Assembly: GCA_963847185.1 (NCBI GenBank)
Contig: CAWJYV010000007.1
Coordinates: forward strand, 640,001-704,000
Length of the DNA stretch: 64,000 bases
Direction of reading: 5' to 3'
Origin: an uncultured Methanosarcinaceae archaeon
GTDB taxonomy: Archaea; Halobacteriota; Methanosarcinia; Methanosarcinales; Methanosarcinaceae
Under the pieces are notes generated by a model. It did no database searches and was not told where the DNA came from. It worked only from the letters and a program-made list of their open reading frames with translations. The translations under genes were made by a program, and so were the position numbers. Shown piece after piece: positions 11,616 through 19,373 of this stretch (positions within the stretch are counted from its first letter, which is position 1; each line of letters begins with the position of its first letter).

Positions 11616-11774
11616 CAAGAAAGTAGCAAATAAAACGGAGTACTTGACTATTTTTGGATCCGGCTGAGAAAGTGTCAATAAATATTTATCTAATTATATA
11701 CTATGTTGTTTATGTTTTATTTGTTCTAATTCTGGGTCGTATTTTTTTTTCTATAGTACGTACCCGTACTTGCT

Positions 11775-12161
11775 GTGGGGGTGAAATTTCTGAATACAGA
11801 GATCGTTAATGGGAAAGTGGGTGACGATTCCGACAAGGATACCTTAAAAACTGTGTCTATTTTAGCCGAACTGGGGCATGCCCCAGGTGCATTTAAAAGA
11901 GTTATGCCTGTATCTCCTAAAGCTGTGGAAGAGAAATCTAGAGAATCAATCGCCAATGCCCTTCTTGTAATTAAAGAAATATCTGAACAGATTGCAGAGA
12001 CTATGGAAGAGACTCCTGCTGGGCATCGACCATCTCAGATGCAGATGGCATTCAACTTACGCTTAACTGCAACTGGGGACGCAGTTATTACCAAATCGGA
12101 GAAAGATCTAAATTTGAAAGTAACGCTCGTATGGAAGAATGAAGGAAAAGAAATCATATGA
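11775..12161 (+). CDS. Trypsin-co-occurring (Trypco1 / CU044_2847-like) domain protein
   Basis: Helix followed by RPSQMQMAFNLRLTATGDAVITKSEKDLNLKVTLVW, matching the family pattern as I recall it; start uncertain (possibly CTG 11790). Confidence 0.6.
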   Translation: MGVKFLNTEIVNGKVGDDSDKDTLKTVSILAELGHAPGAFKRVMPVSPKAVEEKSRESIANALLVIKEISEQIAETMEETPAGHRPSQMQMAFNLRLTATGDAVITKSEKDLNLKVTLVWKNEGKEII

Positions 12162-12288
12162 AAAGTAAGAGAAAGTCTGGCCTATGCAATTCGTAAACAT
12201 TTATTACAAATTTGCCTGCTAAGATGAAGACTTTTCTCTCCTCTTTCTGTAATTTCAAAAGGAAAAAATAGGTATCACCCAGAGTAAA

Positions 12289-13227
12289 TTGATAATGGTC
12301 AGTAACATGAAATCCAAAATGCTTGTCTTTTTATTGGTCCTTTCACTTGTTGCAAACGCGTATTTTGTATGGTTTGAAGAACAACCTTCATTTAAGGGAG
12401 AACAGGTACAGGAAATGCAGTCCCGTATAAATTCTCTTGAGGAGGAAAACGAAAACCTTAGGGGGCAGATTAATCAGAATAATGAGTCACTAAAGTCTTA
12501 TGCTTCTCAGCTTGATTCTTATCGAGAAAAAGTTTTCGAACTTCAGAATGGTTCTCCAATGTGTCCGGTAGGCCTTGAAGGGTTTGCTACACTTCAGGGG
12601 CCTGCAGTTTATCAGAAAATCCAGAATAATCAGGAAGGTCCATTTATCAGGCAATCAGTTTCTGAAGAAGGAGCTTTGCTCAACATCTCGGTTGAAATAA
12701 GACCCGGAAAGGGCCGCGTGCTTGTTCAGACAACTCCTCTTATGGGTGTGGTATTCCAGGACGCTGCAAACACTGCAGTCTTTGCAGCTGAGAATAAAAC
12801 TGAAAAGCAGCTCTCAAGCAGTGACATTATTTTCAGCATAACTGCTAAAGACAAAATCCCGGGTGTTGATGGGTCAAGTGCAGGTGCTCTTATGACTCTG
12901 CTTACTATTTCTGCTATCGAAAATAAAACACTTAATGACAGTATAACCCTTACAGGCACTATTGACAGTGAAGGCGCTATTGGAGAAATAGGTGGAGTCC
13001 TTGAAAAAGCCCAAGCAGCAAAAGATGGAGGTAAAACTCTCTTCCTAATACCCAGGGAAAACAGCAAACTTGTTACGTATAAGCTGGTAGAAAGAAGTTT
13101 TGGTGGCTTTACTATTGTTGAGAGGCAGCCGGAAATAGTGGACGCTGAAAAATACATCGAGAAAAAGGTGGGTATAAATATCGAATATGTGGACAATATT
13201 GAAGATGTCCTGAAATATGAGAAGTGA
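12289..13227 (+). CDS. Membrane-anchored or secreted S16 (Lon-like) serine protease lacking an AAA+ domain
   Basis: N-terminal hydrophobic helix, coiled coil, VDGSSAG (Ser), TGTI, IGGVLEKAQAA (Lys); start may be ATG 12295 or 12307. Confidence 0.85.
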   Translation: MIMVSNMKSKMLVFLLVLSLVANAYFVWFEEQPSFKGEQVQEMQSRINSLEEENENLRGQINQNNESLKSYASQLDSYREKVFELQNGSPMCPVGLEGFATLQGPAVYQKIQNNQEGPFIRQSVSEEGALLNISVEIRPGKGRVLVQTTPLMGVVFQDAANTAVFAAENKTEKQLSSSDIIFSITAKDKIPGVDGSSAGALMTLLTISAIENKTLNDSITLTGTIDSEGAIGEIGGVLEKAQAAKDGGKTLFLIPRENSKLVTYKLVERSFGGFTIVERQPEIVDAEKYIEKKVGINIEYVDNIEDVLKYEK

Positions 13228-13649
13228 AACCAGGAGAGCTGGGATTTCCAATAATTTGACTGCAACATTTGTTTTCAGGAATTCTTTTCTTTCCTGAAAC
13301 CTCATATTCTTTTCCAAGTCTTTGGATTACGAATTCAGCTACGTTTTCTTTTGTGTTCCGCTTCTTGAGGATAAGGATATCTTTACTTTATACAAACTGC
13401 GTAAGATTTGTCTTCTTTTAGCTCAGGATCTTGTCTTTTTTGTAACCTTCGTTCTTCGAATTGATCTATGCTTATCAAGAAAGGTCTCTTATGGAACGCT
13501 CCCTACTTAAGACAGTTATTCTTTTATATGGTGTCAAATATATATTAGCAGACACCTGAAGCTAAGAGTAGATAGATAGACAAATAACATTAAAATCGTT
13601 ATTTCGGTATGCGATTTTCAAAATTTTGAAAAATTTTTTTCCTCATATT

Positions 13650-14540
13650 ATGCCACCTGAAATCATACCTATTCTTGAAGAACCTGCGCTTGTAGTCAGA
13701 AATTCTGAAATCTCACTTGCAGTTGCTGACATTCACCTTGGGATAGAGTGGGATCTGTACAGAAGCGGAATAAATTTACCCAGCCGAATGGAAGAGAGGC
13801 TGAACCGAATTCTGGGTTATATTCAAGAGAATTCCCCTGACAGGATCATACTTCTGGGGGATGTGAAGCATAATGTCCCTCAGGTTTCCTGGCAGGAAAA
13901 AGATGAAATTCCTCGTTTTCTTGAAACACTTGCAGAACGTGCCCATGTGGATATTTTTCCGGGAAACCATGATGGGGGAATCGAACTTCTTTTCAGCAGG
14001 CAGAAGGATATTACAGTTCATTCAGCACGCGGTGCGGTTGTTGACGGAGTAGGATATTTTCACGGGCATACCTGGCCTGCACCTGAATTGCTGGCTGCAT
14101 CTCATGTAGTCACTGCACACAATCATCCTACTGTTCGTTTTACGGATTCCTTTGGTTACTCCATTGTGGAACCTTCCTGGGTCAGGACAAAGTTTATTGA
14201 ATATACCCTGAAAACCCGTTTCGTAAATCTTGATTTTGAAAACAAGGAACAATGGGCAGACCCTGAGCTTTTTATTATGCCCGCCTTTAACGAACTTTGT
14301 GGGGGAGTACCTTTTAACGAATCAATGCAGGAAGATTTGCTGGGTCCTGTCTTCTCTTCAGGAGGGGTTGAAATTGAAAATGCGGAAATTTATTTACTTG
14401 ACGGGACAAGACTCGGGATTCTGAAAAATATCCGCAAATTGCAGCATACAAGGGTTAAAAATGGCAGTATGAGAGGGAATGGGAGCAAGAAAGGAAACAG
14501 AAGTACAAACAGAAACCATACATCCAAAAACTCTTCCTGA
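13650..14540 (+). CDS. Calcineurin-like metallophosphoesterase (COG1407-like)
   Basis: ADIHLG, LLGDVKH, PGNHDG, FHGH, AHNHP, MPAFN. Confidence 0.88.
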   Translation: MPPEIIPILEEPALVVRNSEISLAVADIHLGIEWDLYRSGINLPSRMEERLNRILGYIQENSPDRIILLGDVKHNVPQVSWQEKDEIPRFLETLAERAHVDIFPGNHDGGIELLFSRQKDITVHSARGAVVDGVGYFHGHTWPAPELLAASHVVTAHNHPTVRFTDSFGYSIVEPSWVRTKFIEYTLKTRFVNLDFENKEQWADPELFIMPAFNELCGGVPFNESMQEDLLGPVFSSGGVEIENAEIYLLDGTRLGILKNIRKLQHTRVKNGSMRGNGSKKGNRSTNRNHTSKNSS

Positions 14541-14727
14541 GATAATCAGGCAAGCAACCAGGTGATAAGTGCTGGAAAACTGAAACGAAAATTCAAAGCG
14601 ATTTCTTCCAGGAAAGTATAATTTTATTAATATATTGATTCTTTTCTCAATGTTTATATAAAATGCATGGATCTATGGAAAAAAATAAATGTCAGGAATC
14701 AGGCTAATAGACAGTCATCATTCTTGA

Positions 14728-14782
14728 TAACTCAAACTTAACTCAAACCTAACTCAAACCTAACTCAAAGTTAACTCAAACT
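14728..14782. repeat. 11-bp tandem repeat TAACTCAAA(C/G)(T/C) x5
   Basis: taactcaaact taactcaaacc taactcaaacc taactcaaagt taactcaaact. Confidence 0.9.
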
Positions 14783-15018
14783 TACATCATTCAGCCCAGG
14801 TGAATGGAAATTCAAAGGCTTTCAGCAGCCCCTAAAGCCCTCCACAATCTCCTTTTGCTGTAAGTTTGGGCTTGATTATTGATTACCAACTTATTACTAC
14901 TATCGATCTACTATGAGTGATTTAATGATCGGGCTTCTTACTGATTTCTGATCTATTTCACGGGTAATTACTGATCAGTTTATTTATTCGTATTACTTGA
15001 AGAGGATGTACTGATTCA

Positions 15019-16554
15019 ATGAGCATGGAAATTAACAATACAGAGAATTCGGAAAATATTCCCCTTTCTGACAACAATGATAGCTCAAATAGCAGGGTCT
15101 TTGATGACTCTAAACTTGTAAAATTAAATGGCCTCAGGACACAGGGGCTGAATCCTTATCCTTACAAGTTTGAAAAGAATGGAGATATCTGTGATATACT
15201 TAAAAAGTTCGACGACTTTGAAAAGAATGAAGGTTTAACTGTCAGGACGGCTGGTAGACTTTACAATATTCGCAAGCATGGGAAAATGATATTTGCCGAC
15301 CTTGGAGATCAGGCTGGCAGGATTCAGATTCTTGTAAGGAAAGGCAACCTTCCTGATGAGGAGTTCGAGATCTTTAAAAACTTTGTAGATTCGGGAGATA
15401 TTATAGGAATCAAGGGAGAACTTTTCAGGACAAAGAGAGGGGAAAACTCTATCAGCGTATCCGAGTTCTCTTTGCTCTCAAAGTCCCTATGTGCGCTTCC
15501 GGAAAAATTCCACGGTTTAAAAGATATTGAAACCCGGTACAGGAAGAGATATCTTGACCTGATAGTCAATGCCGAAAAAAGGGATATTTTCGTCATGAGG
15601 AGCAAACTCATCTCCGAAATCAGAAGATTCCTTTCCGAAAGGGAATTTCTGGAATTTGAGACCCCTATCCTTCAGACTGTGTACGGAGGGGCAAATGCAA
15701 GGCCTTTCATGACTTTTCACAACTGCCTTGGACAGAACCTGTTCCTCAGGATTGCTCCCGAACTTTATCTCAAGAGGCTTGTTGTCGGAGGTTACGAGAA
15801 GGTCTTTGAGATTTCCAAAAACTTCAGGAATGAAGATATCGACACCACTCACAACCCTGAGTTTACAATGATAGAGATCTACGAGGCTTACCAAGACTAT
15901 AATGACATGATGGACTTAACCGAAGCCCTGATCTCGGAACTCGTGTTCAAGCTTACCGGCGGCTACGAAGTTAAAATGGGTGAGAAAACTATCAACCTCC
16001 GCTCCCCCTGGAAAAGAATCTCAATGGAGGACGCTTTAATAGAGTATGCAGGGCTTGACGTTTTTGCCCACTCTCTTGAAGAGTTGAAGCAAATCGCAAT
16101 TCAGAACAGGATTGAGGATTATGAAAAGGCAAAAACCTACGGGGAATTCCTTGCCCTTCTCTTTGAAGGCCTTGTAGAAGACAAGCTAATAAATCCGACT
16201 TTCATATACGACTTCCCTGTAGAAAATTCCCCTCTTGCTAAAAACCACAGAGAAAAAGCAGGCTTTGTCGAGCGTTTCGAACTCTTCCTCAATGGCTGGG
16301 AACTGGCAAACGGTTACTCAGAATTAAACGACCCACTTGAACAGGAAAAAAGGTTTGAAGACCAGGACAAGAAAAGAAAGCTTGGAGACCTTGAAGCCCA
16401 GACAATCGATTATGACTTCATAAACGCTCTCGGATACGGACTGCCTCCAACAGGTGGCATGGGGCTTGGAATTGACCGCCTTACCATGATCCTTGCGGGG
16501 CTCGAATCTATTAAAGAAGTAATACTTTTCCCGCAGATGAAGAGAGAAGACTGA
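15019..16554 (+). CDS. lysS: Lysine--tRNA ligase, class II
   Basis: OB-fold N-terminus, RYRKRYLDL, GGANARPF, FRNEDIDTTHNPEF, GLPPTGGMGLGIDRL. Confidence 0.97.
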   Translation: MSMEINNTENSENIPLSDNNDSSNSRVFDDSKLVKLNGLRTQGLNPYPYKFEKNGDICDILKKFDDFEKNEGLTVRTAGRLYNIRKHGKMIFADLGDQAGRIQILVRKGNLPDEEFEIFKNFVDSGDIIGIKGELFRTKRGENSISVSEFSLLSKSLCALPEKFHGLKDIETRYRKRYLDLIVNAEKRDIFVMRSKLISEIRRFLSEREFLEFETPILQTVYGGANARPFMTFHNCLGQNLFLRIAPELYLKRLVVGGYEKVFEISKNFRNEDIDTTHNPEFTMIEIYEAYQDYNDMMDLTEALISELVFKLTGGYEVKMGEKTINLRSPWKRISMEDALIEYAGLDVFAHSLEELKQIAIQNRIEDYEKAKTYGEFLALLFEGLVEDKLINPTFIYDFPVENSPLAKNHREKAGFVERFELFLNGWELANGYSELNDPLEQEKRFEDQDKKRKLGDLEAQTIDYDFINALGYGLPPTGGMGLGIDRLTMILAGLESIKEVILFPQMKRED

Positions 16555-16780
16555 GCCACAAAGAATCAGTTTACTAGTTATTTCGGCTTGGGATTGTAGT
16601 CCAGTGATGGATCTTTTAGAAGATTCATCATTTCCTTTTTCCTTTCTTTTAGTGGTTAGTTCATACTATCTGATTATTTATCTTTTGATTCAATTCTTTT
16701 GCTGCTCATCCATCTTCCTTCACTGCTCATTTATCTTCCTTTTTTGGTTTTTTAAATCGAGTTAAAAATCCCCACTCTCA

Positions 16781-16793
16781 TGCATAAGTCCTA
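16781..16793. mobile_element. Possible solo IS701-like terminal inverted repeat
   Basis: TGCATAAGTCCTA, 12/13 match to the reverse complement of the IS left end (TGCGTAAGTCCTA), followed by TAATA. Confidence 0.4.
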
Positions 16794-17335
16794 TAATATT
16801 AACTCCAAAATTTTACAGAATCTGGGAAATCAGTTTTTGGTGATAGACTTCCAAACTTCTAAAGAAACAAAGATCAGGAGAAATATTACTGTACTAATTA
16901 TATATTTAAAAATTTATCTATTGCTCTTAATATTTGGCTAAACTAAGAAAAGTTCGTTATTATAATGCCAACTTAGATAGATTGAAAGATCAGTGTTGAT
17001 TGAAAAATAGCTTGAATAGAGGTACTGAGAATATTGGGTGAAAAACATGAGAGAAATTAACAGTTTAAATTATCTTTTAGTTCTTCTTCAGGGAATCGAC
17101 AATTTTACAAGTTTAATGTTACTGAAAAGCACTTTAAACTCCCGAAGGCTTTCAGAAATCTTCTTTCTGTCCTGGTCCAGAGGTTTTCAAATTGGGAACT
17201 TTTGAGTTCATAATGAACTCAAACAACAATGACATCATGAAATTGATATGAATAACCCAAATAAGATTTTTCATATTGTGATTTTAGTTCTGTACGCTGC
17301 ATAAGCAGAAAAAATTAAAATGTGGGGATATAACG

Positions 17336-18838
17336 ATGAAAAATCTAATACTTATATTTAGTCTCATATTACTGATTTTCTCTTCTAATATAGTACTGGC
17401 AGAGGATACGAATTCCAATTTAAATTCAGGACAACAGAGTAACGTAACTAAAGGCCGCCTTTTGTGGAGTGGGATCAACTGGCGAGTCTATACTCAGATG
17501 GAAAACAGTACATGGGTGGATGATCAAGGTCTTCTTCATATGAGGTTACAAAAAATCGGGGACCGCTGGTATGGCACGGAGCTAAATAGCCCGACTACTT
17601 ATTTATATGGAAAATTTATATGGAATGTAAGTTCCACATCTTTGCAATTCGAACGTAATACATCAATTGGAATGTTTACTTATACAGATGATGATCATGA
17701 AATTGATATCGAAATAAATCAATGGCCTGGTCTCGATCCTCATTTATGGTTCGTGAATCAACCTGGGACACTTGGTAAACGCCCTGATAACGTTTATTAT
17801 AGTGTATATTCTAATTCTTCATATTTAGATGCAACAAACGTAACTTACATGTTTGATTGGGAGCCTACTTACATAAATTATTCAGCCATAAGTAGTGATG
17901 GAACAGTCATCAGCAACTGGAATTTAACAAATGCAAGCGCTGTGCCTCATGTCGATGCAACGATTATTGAAGTCATTACCACTGTAAGGGGAAAAGCGCC
18001 ATTAAGTGGGCAATCAAAAGAAATTGTATTTAATAGTTTCCAGTATATACCAAGTGATTCAGTAACAGTTCCGAATGTTGATTTTTCTGTATATCCTATC
18101 TGGGGGACAGCTCCTCTGCCGGTGACATTCACAGATAAGAGCACAGGTTCACCTACTTCCTGGTTCTGGGACTTTGGAGACGGAACTAATTCCACTGAGA
18201 GGAATCCTATTCATAATTACACTGCACCAGGAATTTACACAACTAGTCTGACAGTAAGCAATGCAAACGGTACACTCACAAGATATGCCGCAATTACTGT
18301 TACAGATAAAGCTGCTTCAGTACTTCCAGTAGCGAATTTCAGTACTAATATAAGTGAAGGTTATGCTCCCATTTATGTTCAGTTTACAGATATGTCGAAA
18401 AATGCAACTTCATGGAATTGGGACTTTGGAGATGGAACATATTCGACTGCCCGGAACCCTGTACATACTTTTAGTAAAACCGGAAAATATACTGTTATTC
18501 TGACGGTAAAGAATGCCAAAGACAGTAGTTCGGTAACGAAGACAGGCTTCATAAATGTTGCAAATTCTTTAAAACTTCCAGTTGCTGCTTTTTCGGCATC
18601 ACCAACCTCTGGAAATGCGCCCCTGAAGGTAATATTTACAGATAAGAGTACAGGCTCACCAACATCATGGAAATGGAGTTTTGGAGATGGAACATATTCA
18701 ACAGAGAAGAATCCTGTACATACATACAGCAAAGCAGGGAAATATACTATAAGTTTAACAGTAAAAAATGCGTCTGGCAATAACTCTTTAACAAAATATA
18801 AGTATGTCAGTGTAACTAGCTTCAAAGTGACAAAATGA
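17336..18838 (+). CDS. Secreted GH16-like domain protein with three PKD repeats
   Basis: Signal peptide; HEIDIEINQW (ExDxE); three WxWxFGDG PKD repeats. Confidence 0.8.
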   Translation: MKNLILIFSLILLIFSSNIVLAEDTNSNLNSGQQSNVTKGRLLWSGINWRVYTQMENSTWVDDQGLLHMRLQKIGDRWYGTELNSPTTYLYGKFIWNVSSTSLQFERNTSIGMFTYTDDDHEIDIEINQWPGLDPHLWFVNQPGTLGKRPDNVYYSVYSNSSYLDATNVTYMFDWEPTYINYSAISSDGTVISNWNLTNASAVPHVDATIIEVITTVRGKAPLSGQSKEIVFNSFQYIPSDSVTVPNVDFSVYPIWGTAPLPVTFTDKSTGSPTSWFWDFGDGTNSTERNPIHNYTAPGIYTTSLTVSNANGTLTRYAAITVTDKAASVLPVANFSTNISEGYAPIYVQFTDMSKNATSWNWDFGDGTYSTARNPVHTFSKTGKYTVILTVKNAKDSSSVTKTGFINVANSLKLPVAAFSASPTSGNAPLKVIFTDKSTGSPTSWKWSFGDGTYSTEKNPVHTYSKAGKYTISLTVKNASGNNSLTKYKYVSVTSFKVTK

Positions 18839-18876
18839 GTGAAAAATCTCGGTTAAAATAATAACGAAAAAGGTCA

Positions 18877-18932
18877 AGACCAGAAGGCTGTCAGGAATTT
18901 TGTCGATTAAGTTAAGTCAAACCTTCTGGTCT
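18877..18932. terminator. Inverted repeat downstream of GH16-PKD gene
   Basis: AAGACCAGAAGG ... CCTTCTGGTCTT followed by T-rich sequence. Confidence 0.5.
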
Positions 18933-19046
18933 TATTTAATATTTGAAAATTATTTTCCTGCCTCTGTAACTTGTTTCTGTGAATTTTTCGGTTCTTTATG
19001 GGTAGTGCTCTGAAATAAGTACTGATAATATCATGATTTATATTAT

Positions 19047-19173
19047 GAGCTAATCCCGAAAACTCAGATTACATCCTTAAATCTCGGATTTTGGATAATC
19101 AATCTTCTGATCAGGAAAATGGTTCTGAAACTCTTTTTTACGTTGAAATAGAATTGGTTTTGGGATTAGTTTT
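19047..19173. mobile_element. MITE-like element (about 125 bp)
   Basis: Imperfect terminal inverted repeats CTAATCCCGAAAAC / GGTTTTGGGATTAG, no ORF, AT-rich flanks. Confidence 0.6.
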
Positions 19174-19373
19174 ATAAGAAATTAATTTAATTTCTAACTA
19201 TTTTACATCCAAAAAAGCTACTACTTTTTATCTTGCATCCAAAGTCCTCATTCTGCACCCAGGTCAGGAGACAAAGGTGCTTTAAGTGCAAAGCCTCTTA
19301 AATAAAAGCATTTATATTCTTGCTGACTAACTCAACAACTGGAATAATTCTAACCAAAATCGCTTACGAAAAC

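Noticed and set aside
13230-13480. Minus-strand stop-interrupted frame (MISIDQFEERR...)
   Set aside because: No recognisable motif; cannot be distinguished from chance
14728-14782. CRISPR array
   Set aside because: 11-bp head-to-tail repeats without spacers, and no cas genes in the window
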